NCBI RefSeq assembly: GCF_009914755.1
Contig: NC_060928.1
DNA from: the human T2T-CHM13v2.0 reference genome, Homo sapiens
Length of the DNA stretch: 64,000 nucleotides
Reading direction: 5' to 3' (one strand)
Numbering within the stretch: position 1 is the first letter of the stretch; the number at the start of each line of letters is the position of its first letter. Made by a program: the position numbers and the translations under genes. Positions 11,595-27,665 of the stretch are shown piece by piece. The notes below the pieces were generated by a model. It did no database searches. It was not told where the DNA came from and worked only from the letters and a program-made list of their open reading frames with translations.

Positions 11595-12450
11595 TAGTTA
11601 TTCAAGCAATCAACCAATTGAGAAACATTTATTAATGCTTAATAAGTGCCTGGCAGTCTATTAGAAACTAGAGATATAATACTAAATAAATTATCCATAG
11701 TTTTTGCCTAAAGATGCTTAGGGTTAAATGGGAACATAAAAAAGAGAACAGCAGATTATGATACAATGTGAAATGGAAATTCTGTTGTTCTATAATATCA
11801 CACAGCTGCTTGGGGCAGGGTACTGATCTAAGACTTGCAGATGTCTTCTTGAAAGAGAAACATGGGAACTAAGTTCTGAAGGATGAGTAGAGAATCTTCA
11901 CGTGAGACAATGGGTTGGAGTAGGAGCGGGGCTGAGATTACGTGTTAAGACAGAACGCATAGTGAAAAGCAATTGGTAACACAGTGCCTTCTAGAAACTA
12001 AAAGTTATACAATGTGGTTCATGAAAGGAAAAGAAAGAGACCAGCTCATATAAATCTTTTAAACTGTTGAGGGCTTGGACTTTAATCCTAAGAGCCATAA
12101 GGAACCATTGAAGGATTTTGAGTAGGGAGGGATCATAGTCAGATATGCATTTTACAAATTCTTAGATCCTGAGTGTCTTATGAAGAAGAGTGAAGACTGG
12201 AGGTGGGGAGTCATTTAGAAGGTTGCTGTAGGTGTATGATTGAGAGGTGATGACTACTTGAACAGTGACAATGGGAAAGGAGAGAAATTAAATAGATTCA
12301 AAATATGTTAAGATATTGAATCTCTAATGATCTGTGTTTGATTTGACGTCAGGGATGGAAAAAAAGGAAGGATCGAAGGTATACTCAGGTTTCTGGCTTA
12401 GGTGACTGGATAGATACTGGAGCAATTTCACCTAAATAGAGAACAATAAA
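11595..12450 (-). mobile_element. L2 LINE fragment
   Basis: Antisense L2 tail aaacatttattaatgcttaataagtgcctggca, then cttggactttaatcctaag...gaaccattgaaggattttgagtaggg and caggtttctggcttaggtgactgg. Confidence 0.8.
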
Positions 12451-13499
12451 GGGATGAATGAAACACAAGACTGAGAGGAACAGAAACCTCAAAATAGTGA
12501 CTATCAGGAACCACACAGCGAGCTAACAAGAGAGTATAGAAGCATGCTGTGGCTGCTCTGAGGGTCCAGGTGAGCCCATATAAATTTATACAGCCTCTAA
12601 TCTGCATGCTCTTCTCCAGCAGTACACCAATGAGAAGCCAGTTATAGGTCTGGAGGGAGAGGACAGCTGAATTCTTCTAGCCTTGAGTATTTGCCAAATA
12701 AATAGAATGAAAGTGCAGTGGCATAAGAGACATGTTTGTAATGATTGGAAGATAGGAAGTGAAATGATTTCCCATCGTGTTTTCTCTAAATTAGTAACAG
12801 CTTCAATCTTCTAAAATAGATTTTTATAATATTTTAAACAACTCACTTTATGGCTACATGTAAATCATACTAAAATATGTTTACATATTGAAGTGTACAT
12901 TTTAAAGTTTCTATCAAAGTGCATTAGGAAGCATTGACAATTATTTAGATATATTTTTTTTAAATACTACAGAACTCATATACTCTCTACTCCCTCAAAT
13001 GTCAAGGGAGTATTCTGATAAGTGACAACAGTGAAGAAAGGGATATGCAGTGTGTTGTTTTAAAAGAAGAAAAAAAGGATCAAAATTTTCTCACACATGT
13101 TTACTCTCTTCCCTCTCCTACTAATTATTTAGAAGGATTTTTTTTTTTTTTTAGTTTTTAGTTTTCCTCTGGATCAAACTTAGCTTTTCATGACAAAACA
13201 CATGAATTTCATGTGGGTCAGGGTGACACTAGGGAAAGTATCTTCACTGGAGTTATTTTGCAAACAAGAAGATTCCCCTCAAAGCAAGAAATCTCAAAGA
13301 GTAAGAGGCTTTATGACATGTGGGCCTTAAGGGGGCAAAAGGAGTTGAATATACTTCTGCAATAGGATATGGGTAGAAAACATCACTGCTATATTCCTGA
13401 AGAACCACATAGGCCTCCCTGAGAAGTGCAGCATTTGAATTCTGGCCACACTGGACACATACTTAGTGAGCTGGTGTTAACTACTCAGTCAGTTATTTA

Positions 13500-15135
13500 C
13501 AAATAGATTCAACATGGCCAGGCAACAAATTAGTGAGCTTGAAGAGAGGTAAAGAGAAACTTCCCAAACTAAAGTACAAAGAGAAAAAAAATAATGAGGA
13601 AGAGAAATAAGCATGCAAGAACTGAGGGGCAATATCAAAAGTTGTAATATATCTGTAATGCCAGAATAGGAAAAAAGAGAGTGGTGCAGAAGAAAATTTA
13701 AAGTAATGACAGCTGAAATATTCTAAAATTAATGACATAAAGCATATCACAAATCTAGGAAGCTCAGGGAACATCAAGCAGGATAAGTACCAAACAAACA
13801 TACAGAAACAAACAAATAAACAAACAAAAACACACCTAGAAAGCCAGAGGAAAAAGAAACATTACCTATTGACACACAAGGATAAGAATTACATGGAATT
13901 TTTCATATGAAACCATGCAAGCAAGAAGAGAGTGGAATAAAATATTCAAAATGTTAAAAGTTAAAAACTACCAATCTGGGATTCTATATCCAACAAAGTT
14001 ATCATTCAAAAGTGAATGAGAAATAAACACTCACAGAAAAACAAAAAACAGGAATTTCTTTGTCAGTGGACTTGCCTTGAAAAAAGAAAAGTCAGATGAA
14101 GTTTTTTAGGCAGAGAAAAATGATATAGTTCAAAAACTTAAATCAACATAAAGAAAATGTGTTTAAATGAATAAATAAAGGTAAAATTAAATTTTTTATT
14201 TTTAATTAATCTAAAAGATAACTGTATACAGCAATAAAAGTAATGCATTGGGTGAGTATAGCATTCAAGTAAGTGAAATGATTAACAGAAATGTCATAAG
14301 AAATAACAAGGAAGCATTGGGGATACTGAGTTATAAGGGACCTGCACTACAGCACTACCTGGGAAATAGTATACTGTTATTTTAAAGTTGTCTATGTTAG
14401 TTTAAAATGTATATTGTCAACTCTGGGCAATCACTAAAAAAGTTAAAAGAATATATAATTGATGTGCTAAAAGAAGAGATAAAATGGAATTCTATGCAAT
14501 GTTCAATTAAAACCTGAAATGTCAAAAAAGAAAGAGCAGAGAGCAAATGCAAAAAGTAGAAAACAGTTACAACTGGTATAAATAATTCAACCATATCAAT
14601 AATCACTTTAATCATAAACTGTCTAAATACACAAATTAAGAAAACAAAAACAAGACCCAGATATTTGTTGTCTATAACAGTGGTCCCCAACTTTTTTGAC
14701 ACCAAGGACCAGGAAGACAATTTTGACAATTTTTTCATGGAAGGCTAGAGTAGGGGGAAGTAGGGAATGGTTTCGGATGAATCTGTTTCACCGTAGATAA
14801 TCAGCAGGCTTTAGATTCTCGTAAGGAGCCTGCAACCTAGATCCCTTGCATGCGCAGTTCACAATAGGGTTCATGTTCCTATGAGAATCTAATGCCACCG
14901 CTGATCTGACAGAGGCATATTTCAGGTTGTAATGCTAGCTTGCCCTCTGCTCATCTACAGAGTTGGGGACCCCTGGTCTACAAGACACTCCCTACAAAAT
15001 AAAGACTCATATGAAATAGAAGTCAAGAGATAGAGAAAGTCATGCCATGCTCACACTGACCAAAAGAATGCCAGAATGCTTATATTAATTTTAGAAAAGC
15101 CCACTTATAATGAGAAAGATTATTATGATAATGAG
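13500..15135 (+). mobile_element. Old L1M (L1MC-type) fragment: ORF1, inter-ORF and start of ORF2, interrupted by MER1B
   Basis: ORF1-type motifs (attagtgagcttgaagag; gaaaccatgcaagcaagaagagagtgga; attctatatccaacaaagttatcattcaaaagtgaatgagaaataaa). The ORF2 endonuclease start atatttgttgtcta[MER1B]caagacactc corresponds to ICCLQETH. Confidence 0.8.
14678..14975 (+). mobile_element. MER1B hAT-Charlie DNA transposon
   Basis: TIRs cagtggtccccaac / gttggggacccctg; 8-bp TSD gtctataa / gtctacaa; internal ttagattctcgtaaggagcctgcaacctagatccc. Confidence 0.9.
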
Positions 15136-15169
15136 TACATATGCTGCCCAGAGCTGACGCTGGACTTTG

Positions 15170-15270
15170 CACACTCACACATATGCTCACACACACATAA
15201 GTACACTCACATATTGAACTTAAACACACTCACTTGCACACTTATTCACACATGCATGTGTGCTCACATA
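15170..15270. repeat. Degenerate CA-rich simple repeat
   Basis: cacactcacacatatgctcacacacacata... Confidence 0.6.
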
Positions 15271-16884
15271 TCAACTCCAAGCTGCTGGGGAGGCAGGAAG
15301 AGGTAGTCAGAATTGGGAGGAGAAGAAAAAACTTTATTTGGGTTTATAATTGCAGTTTTTAACTTGAAACATCTATAATCTTCTTACAACTGAAAACTAC
15401 TAGTGAATTCTAAATTCTGGCTAAGGTTATCTTACAAAATTCCCTTACTTTAGAGGAAGTAGGTTTCAATGTAGCACATGTGAGAGTTCTCAACAAACAT
15501 ATAACCATACATGTTCTGATAGTAGTTCTTTAAGTCTCTACAGTGATGTGGTACCTTTAAAAATATTTTGTCTAAACACCTCAACAGACATAATGTTTAT
15601 GTCTACATTAAAGCTTGTTTTAAGAAAAGTTACATCAATATTTTCTTATAATGTTGGCTTGAATTAACTTTTCAGAAATATTAATTTCTCATTTGAAAAC
15701 GCATTTTTTGCCTTTATTGCCTTTTAGTGAAGAAGTCATAGAAAGCATATGAATGGTTCTCCAGCTTATGCTAAATGAAGCATGTTAGAATAAATCATTT
15801 TTTGAAATATCGTGATTGACACTATCAAAATACGTAAGATGATGTTTAAAAATAGAGCTATTAAATTTTTGATTAAAGTAAACCAGGCAGCTAAACTGAA
15901 TTTGGTTTGGAGGCCGACTCTATTGTGAGATAGTAAGCTCAGAGTGGTTTTGCAGTTTATACATAAGATGATCTGAGAAACTAAAATTGTTTTCTTCTGT
16001 ATTTCACCATTTTCCCTCCTGTCTGCCTTTTTCCTCTTTTCTACTCTCTTGTATGCTGATATAAATTGGGGTTTTGCTAGTCTCAGACTTTTTATTATAC
16101 TAGCAAAATGTTCTATAATTTCCAAGCTGTCAAAATCTGATCTGCATGCCAACAGGCTATATTTTTAAATACATGAATAACATTGTGAACAAAAACATTC
16201 CTGTCAACTGTCCATTTCCCAGTACTAAAACATCTCCATCCTTGGTTATCTGTCACACAAGTTCTTTGAGATTTGAGTGTTGAACATGTGTCACATGCTG
16301 ACAGTCTACCATTACAGATTATAGTCTGCTATTATAGATTAAAAAGCATTGTCCATTCATTGCTGCTGGATCTCCTAGAACATTTGGACATGGTAACTCA
16401 ACAAACAGCTGCAGTAACAAAGAATTGCTGAAACCTAGATTTTGTGTTGACAGAGCATTAATTTTAATAATGACAAATTGTCTCAGAATTCAATGCTTTT
16501 TATAATATATTCATGACCCTTCTGGTCCTGAAACAAAGTAATTTGTGTGCCTGAAAATTGTTTCTGTGCCTTAATTTGGTATCCTTATAGATTTCTTGTA
16601 TTTTTATGTCAGTTTATTTGACAAAAAGTTAAATGTTTTCTTTGTAATATTTTTTCAATGAAAGGTCATACAGGCAACATATGAATGGATTTTTTTCTTT
16701 CTCTTCTGTATTCCCATAGGATTTTGAGCATGGATTTCTGATACTGCTTACTGTATTTTAATTAATTAATTATTTCTTCCACTAGCTGTGAGCATATCTG
16801 GATCTGGAATAAATTTTATACACATTTCAATAAATTTTATACATCTTTATCTTGGGCTCTGTATAGTTTCTAGTAAAACCAGAG

Positions 16885-17220
16885 CAGGAACCACAAACTC
16901 AGTTGCATGTAAGGGACAAGCAATCAAGTTATAACTGAGCAGGTAAAGCCTATGAATTAAAAAAATACAAAATACAGGTACACATTTCTAGAAAGACCAC
17001 ATTCATATTTGAGACAATAGAGAGTGGTGGTGTCAATACTGAACTAGGGAGGTCACCTTTTGCTCTCTACTCTCCAACAGAAAGTTATGCTATATTTCAA
17101 AAGACTTCAAGTAAATTTTTCTAATATATTTATAATTTTTAAATGGTGAACAATATATTTGCCAAAGAAAACGTGCCTGTTAAGTGAATTCAGGTCATTG
17201 GCAGACAGTTTTTCAAACTT
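16885..17220 (+). mobile_element. MER102-like hAT-Charlie element
   Basis: caggaaccacaaactcagttgc...gagacaatagagagtggtgg...aatttttaaatggtgaacaa...gccaaagaaaacgtgcctg matches the MER102 layout. Confidence 0.65.
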
Positions 17221-18956
17221 TAAAGAAAGTATTTGAAAAATATAAGAATGGTTAGCTGCAGGGCATCACTGTCTTACGTGGTAGAAAAAGTCAAGAAGTG
17301 CTGAGATATGTCGCTGTCCTACTTCTTCATTCTTGGAATCTAATGGAACTGAGTGTATTTCAAATACTTCAAAGTATAGAGGTAATCCTTGAATTTATTG
17401 AGGAACTCTTTAGACGGAGGCAGAAAACACTTTCCGGTAGCTGTTTATTGTTCATCTGCAAGTTATTCATTATTTTGTGTGGAAATATCAAATTGCCAAT
17501 TAATGATGATGAGAAATAAGTATTTATGACATAGCAATCACGTTTTAAAGCTAATATAACAAAAAAGTTTGTGTGCCACCAAGTATTTTCTAATTTGTGA
17601 AATACTATAAACATTAAAAAAAGTTCTGTTTACAGTTTGTGGTTTTGCTCATTACCATGTAGTTTTTGATAGATGGGAAAATTTGTTTCTCTTATTCTTA
17701 GATACTATATGTTGCTTTATTCAATAAGAAAATAAGGAATAAATAATGAAGAAGTGATGGAGAGAAAAAAAATCCAGCAAGTACATGATGCTGGGTTATT
17801 CTGGTCTCCTAATCTCCTAGTCTGCTTGTTGGAAAATAACAAAATGAATTTTTGAATACTTTTGTGAGAGTAGAGAAGTCTTAGCTTTATGAATTGCTTG
17901 CAAACAAAGGAACTCACAGGAGAGCAGAGAAAAGTGAAAAAGATAAGACAGAGTTATGCCATTTAGTGAATATGTGGAATTATCTAGCAGATATACCTAT
18001 GTAGTTTCTTTTTACGAGGTACATAATGGCCACTAATCCATTGTGAATTACACTTTGGCTTTCACATTGTGAAAACAACAATGCAGCAACAAAAGAGGCT
18101 AATGTGAAATCCAATATTCCTCAATGTGCTAAAGATTTATTCTTAAGGAATCTGAATTCAAAATCAGGTTTTAAATTAGAGAAATTAGATTATTTATAAA
18201 GACCTTTAAGAATATCTGGGTCTAATGTGAGACATTTTGGAAAGTGGCAGCAAACTCTTTGTTTAGTGTAAAAATTGATAGACTTCAGAAAGAAAACATG
18301 ATTTTTTTGTGATACAGAAAGAAATCAGATAAATAGAAATTAGCACACCTGTGACTTTTGAATCTGAATTATATTAAGAATCAAGCAAGTGAAGATTATA
18401 ATGCTGAAGAAGAGTTCAGGGCTTAAGTGTCAGAACTGTTTAAGAGGATGTCTGCCTGGTCATACATCTATAAGTTTCAGTGCTGAGTTTTTGATTAACA
18501 AGGATAAACTGACATTCAGCTGCAGCTACACAGAAGAGGCTATGTGATTAAAACTTATAAGCATTGATGTCTGCTTGCTGGCACAAAAACAAACAGACAT
18601 CCATACAAGGATCCACTTAATAATTATTCTATGAAATCCCAAACTATCTAGCTTAAAGTAATTTGGCATTTAAAATCCTTTAAATGTTAGTTAATACATC
18701 TGCTCATCTGGAGCACATTCAATTTATTTATTAAAATAGAGTTTGCTTTCCCCATGCAACTTAACTTTTTCACCCTTTAGACTACTGGTAAGCAGGAGAA
18801 GGGGACATTTACTCACCAATTTTCCACTTTGTTGTCACTAGATAATTTCAGGTTTTTCTTCACTGTCTTTAATGGTAGATAAAAGGAGATAGATTCTTCT
18901 TATCAAATTAGTTGTCCTAATAGGCCTTATAATTTTTGCATTTAAATATTGATACC

Positions 18957-19249
18957 TTTGAGATGCTAAGGTGTGAGGATCACTTGAGGTCAGGAGTCTG
19001 AGACCAGCCTGGCCAACTTGGCGAAACCCTGACTCTACTAAAAATACAAAAAACTAGCTGGGTGTGGTGGCACAGGCCTGCAATCCCAGCTACTCAGGAG
19101 GCTGAGGCAGGAGAATCACTTGAACCTAGGGGCAGAGGTTGCAATGAGCCGAGATGGTGCCACTGCACCCCAGCTTGGTGGCAGAAGGAGACTCTATCTC
19201 AAAATAAATAAATAAATAATTTAATTTAATTAAAATATATATATATATT
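18957..19249 (+). mobile_element. 5'-truncated AluS (Sz-like) with 12-bp TSD
   Basis: Starts about 35 nt into the consensus; (TAAA)n/(TA)n tail; TSD tattgatacctt at 18947-18958 and 19250-19261. Confidence 0.92.
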
Positions 19250-19509
19250 TATTGATACCTTGCCTTTGTGCATTTCTTCAAGAACTCACCTTAGAATGTA
19301 ACTAAACCTTACTACAAGTGATAAAATTCCAGGGAGAAATGATACACCTGAGAAGTATAAACAGTTTAGTTTCAACCTGCTCATTCAGCATGGCTCAAGC
19401 TTAAAGGCATTTATTTACCTGGTTACTGATGAAAAGGACAAGTGAAGTTTAAAAATGTCAATTCGCTAGCACTCCCAAAGTAGCTCTTATATGCTAGTCT
19501 TTGCGACTG

Positions 19510-19640
19510 CCTTATAATGCTCATTTAACGAATGAACTGGTAAAGAAGTTAAAACTCAGAGAAATTGCATAACTTAGAGTAACGCATCAGGCTTACAACA
19601 CAGGAGTTTGAGATTCCAAAGCTCAGGTTCTTAACCATAG
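19510..19640 (-). mobile_element. Degenerate MIR
   Basis: aaaactcagagaaattgcataactt...gattccaaagctcaggttcttaaccat. Confidence 0.55.
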
Positions 19641-20729
19641 TTCTAAGTACACTGCATCATTTTTTAATTTCTCCTTGTTAATCCATAAGTTATTTCTTAT
19701 ACTTGATACAAATTTTATCCCACCTCTTTAATTTTGTTGTCTTTGTCACTGCTTGCATCAGTTCAATGAGTAGCCCATGACTCTGGCCATAAGAAATATG
19801 GTATCAGCATTTCTTCGGTTGAGACCATGGGATCCTACAATAGGTAGTGGATTTTAATCACATAGTCATTCTCATTTTTTTTCTTATTTCACTTTTTTGA
19901 TGTTTTGGGAATCAGAACACTAATATATTTGCATTTTATCTTTACTTTCCCTTATTTCTTCTTATTTTTTTAAAGGTTATTTCTACCTCCAGGTTCTCAT
20001 CCATACATCCCTGCCAGCTATCAGTTCCTCACACATGTATGTAGCAACACTAGATATTATCATGCTTTCTCAAATGACTACTTCCTTGATGGTATAAAAT
20101 ATACACATATGTATTTCCAAACCAAATTTTTATATTTTACAAAAGCACATGTGTTTGAGCAAAAGAAAAGCTGCCTACTTTGCTACCAAGTTAAATACTT
20201 AATTCATAATTCTGTTTTTGGAAAACAGGGATATTCTTTCAGACTGCCTTCCCAAGATACGTGTGAATTGTTCATTTTAGTGCATTTTACATTTAGTGGA
20301 TTTTGATCCCACTTACTCTAGACAGGTGATGAATATACAAATTATATAACTGGTTATTGCTTATCAAATATTAAAGAGATGTCAAACGAAGAAGTGGAGA
20401 GTAGACTGAAGATGACCTTGAAGAATATATTAAGTAAAGTAATCAGAAGACCATGATCATAAAGTCTGTGCTGAACATGAACACTTTGGCGGAGATAATA
20501 AAACTTGTGTTCACATTAGGTAATAAAGTGTTTGAGGTTAAGCCATATTTGGAACAAAGCACAAAACTTTGATTCAGCAAAGGTGCAGCAAAGTTGATAA
20601 TCCTTATGGAACTTTACAAAGATTTTTAGAAAATGTCAAAGCAAACATCAATCATAAGCTTCTTTCAGAAACATTATGGGCTGTCTTCAAATAAAGCAGC
20701 TGCGCCTTTCAGGGAGACAGCCTTGACTG

Positions 20730-20935
20730 GGGGGAGAAAAAGCACAGAGCTTAATATTAGATGCACCTGTGTCTAACTTCGGGCTTCATCGTTTTCTAAC
20801 TGTTGGCTATGGGGAATTTTTTTATTTTCCCAGAGCCTCAGAGACTCCATCTGTAAACTGGGGAAAATGATACAGTCATAACTCTCTGCTGTGAGCAGGA
20901 AAGTACTTGGTTCACAATGAATACAAAAAATGTGT
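20730..20935 (+). mobile_element. MIR
   Basis: agagcctcagagactccatctgtaaactggggaaaatgatac core. Confidence 0.7.
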
Positions 20936-21097
20936 TTTGGAAGGTATAATATATTCGCACGAAGGGACAAAGTTGGGCCTGAAAAAATCTTGGTGCCTTT
21001 CTCAAGCTATTCTTTGGAAACCCCAATGCTTTATATCACTCCAAATTTTTATTTTACCCATGGATAGGTATTTTCATTATTTTAATGCATGTGTACA

Positions 21098-21185
21098 AAT
21101 TTTGAGTAGTTAACCATGGAAATTGTTAGTAGTTAACAATGGAAATTGTTAGTAGTTAACAATTTTGAGTAGTTAACAATGGAAA
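21098..21185. repeat. Short irregular minisatellite (core AGTAGTTAAC x4)
   Basis: Core at 21105, 21128, 21151 and 21168 (spacing 23, 23, 17). Confidence 0.9.
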
Positions 21186-21689
21186 GCTCTGTTTTATAAA
21201 GTCTCTTGACATCTTTTTTTGTAGACTCCACATTTGTACCATTTTCCAGGTTGTATTTTGGAGAATAAGGATATTTATAAATCTAATGCAATTATAGTTA
21301 TCACGATGACTATAAGTAAATTAAGAATATAAATAAAATATTAGAGCAACTTTAAATAAATAATAACAGGTGGTCAAGGGCATGTTATTAAAACTTCATT
21401 AAGGCACAAAGTCTTGCATATAGAATTGCCTTACTCCTTTATAGGAAATACTCTAGGACAAATCTCTAAACACCTTTTTTTCTCATGTCATTATCAATAA
21501 TATTTTCACTAAATATATGGAGATTGACTATACTGCATAAGCTTTCCTTCCACAGAAGTAACAGTTGTTATTCCAATCTTAGTATAGGAAGCAGTGCTAA
21601 GCAATAGTTAGAGATTTCTGCAAGTGCTTTCCCAGTATGCCCAAACTCTAACTTTATCCTCTCTCTCTCTTTTCCTGCTTCTTCAGAAT

Positions 21690-23232
21690 AGAACAGTGTA
21701 CTCAAGGTTAATCCTCTGTGTTCGAGTGGTACTCTCATTTGTCCTCAGAGAATTTTTCCTATTAATTAACCATTCCCTGCTCCTTTCTTAAGATAGGCAC
21801 AAATTTATTCTCCTGCCTCTCCACTATCACTTTGCCTACAATCATATAGTCTCTTTATGCTAAAATTGGCTAAAATTCACTTATGCCCTGGAGCTGTTAT
21901 GCAAACTTTCTGCTACCTCCCCCTGACTGATTTCTTCAAATTGCTTCATGTTTTCCCCAGGAACTGACTCATTAGTTCTTTTGTATTTGGCTTTGGGTTT
22001 GACCTCTACACCGAAACACCCTCCTCTTTTGAAAGTCACTAATGACTTCCTAGTTACTAAATTTTGAGGGATTCGTCCTACTTGACACTTCAACCCCATT
22101 TGACAATGATGACTTTTCCTTTGTCCTTGCAGTGTTTGTCTGCCACAAGTGATAATAAACTCTCAGTTCACACTTTGTTTCTCCTTTATTGATTCTTCTC
22201 TTCACCTGAAAAGTCCTCTGAGTTCTACATATAACATTTTCCTTTTATTTTTTTATACAATATCCTCTTCTAATATTATTAAAGGTCTTAGCTTCCATTC
22301 CTGTCTTAAAGTACTCACAACTACCTTCAAGGCTAAAAATTTTAGTGCTACATTTGCAATCTGAAATGTAGACCTCTCTGACTGAATATCTTTAGATCAT
22401 TTCACATTCTTCTCAATTTCTTGGTTTTCTTCCCAAACCAACTCCTCCACCAGATCAGCCAGTTCAGAATCTTTGTTTTACTCATTGCTTTCCCTTGTTC
22501 TCGATGCCCTGTCAGTTACCAGTCCTTTTGATTCTACCCTACCATTTTTCTTGCCGTAATTTCTTCCTTCTTTATTTGTATTTCCATCATTCTAATACAG
22601 AGTCTTTTTAATATCTCTTTAGCTATACTGCAGGAATCTTCTGATTGGTCTCAACTTCCATCTTTGTTCTAGAACTTCATTCAGCACCAAACACTGCATT
22701 AATCACAGTCAAGCTTATCTCTGCCTTTCTCCGACAGAAATGTTCACTGCTTTCAGTACTTTCTCGTTAAAGCTGAGGTTGCTTCAAAACTATTTGAGGC
22801 CCTTCATGGTCTAACCTTAACCTTGAGTTCCAGGTGTTGACTCTTTGATACAAAAACATTCTATTGCCATCCTTCAAACATAACATTCTTTACACCTTAC
22901 ACATGCTCTTGTCTGTGTGATCACATTTCCAATTTTACTTTTGGAAATTCTATACCTTCAAGACCAACTTATGAATAATTGTAGCACTTCACTCTTCTCT
23001 TAGTGGCTGCACCATACACACTGTTTTGGGATTTTTGTTTTATTAGATGAACCGTATAAAATTGCCATTTTGTAGGACAAAAATTGTAGAAAATAGAAAA
23101 TTTTACCAGGTGTAACCTAATATTTTTCCTATTGAATTGGAAGCTCCTTGAAAGTACAACTGAGTTTTACCTATCTTTATAAATTCCCCAGCATACTGAT
23201 ATTTATAATCACTCAATATTTATTTATGGAAT
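21690..23232 (+). mobile_element. Degenerate L2 LINE (ORF2 remnant to 3' end)
   Basis: aaagtcactaatgacttcctagttactaa...cctacttgacacttcaaccccatttgacaatgatgac; 3' end aagctccttgaaagtac...actcaatatttatttatggaat. Confidence 0.65.
23043..23120. mobile_element. MADE2 mariner-derived MITE
   Basis: 78 bp, ttagatgaaccgtataaaattgccattttgtaggacaaaaa...aacctaa, flanked by TA on both sides. Confidence 0.8.
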
Positions 23233-23768
23233 TTAAGAGTTGGTAATACATACCATGTACATTATTTATACTTGGATGTATTGTAAATAATTTACTTTGT
23301 GCTTTTAGCTTGCTTATATTTTTCTACACTAATTGTTTTTAACATTTTGTGCTTTGATATATACTGTGCATGCAGAAAAGTAAATAAAAATTGTTTCTAT
23401 TAGCCGTAGTATCTATTTGTGCAAGTTGTCTCAACTTCTTTTTTAAGAAATGTAAAATGTTATCTTTCTTTTACATACAAATTTTACCTAAGTAGCCAAT
23501 ACTTCTGACCATCAAAGATGTCTTATTTCACATCCCTACCACTTAAGTTTTTACCATAATACAAGCAAACTATTTCACATACATTGTGCCTCTCACAACT
23601 AACTCATTAATTATTTGTGTGTGTGTGCATTGAGTTAGAAATGGGTATACCGGAGATAAGAGGGGCCCAAGAAGGAACTGTATCTGCTGAAATGCTGAAA
23701 TGTGTCTCTATCTACTTCCTAATTTTCTTTTTTTTTTGTGGGGGTGGGAGTTGGGAGGGCAGTCATAG

Positions 23769-26946
<3,178 letters not shown>

Positions 26947-27342
26947 CTTCCTAATTTTCAAAATGATCAAGCTTGCCTAACAGATTTGCCTTAAGAATAA
27001 AGTATCTTGTATTTAAAACCTAAATAAAGCACTAAAGAATGTGATTCTAATACAAAATATTAAGTAATATCAAAATTCTCCATATATTCACATTCATGGG
27101 ATTATGGTATGAATTTTTCTGGGAATTAGAGGCTTTGATACCATTTAGCCATTGACAATTATGAACATCAGTCTCTAAACATTGGACTCAATCTTTGAGA
27201 TCATTCATCTGTATTTCTTTTAGTAGAGGCTGAAAAAAGCACATTGATTAGTGTAGTTTTATATTATTATTACTTATTATTATTATGGCCTTTTGAGTGA
27301 GGGTGAAGGTATCATCACCTGCTGTTAAATTATTTGCTTTTG

Positions 27343-27665
<323 letters not shown>

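Noticed and set aside
21098-21185. CRISPR-like repeat/spacer look
   Set aside because: The spacers are themselves repeated and too short; primate context with no cas genes.
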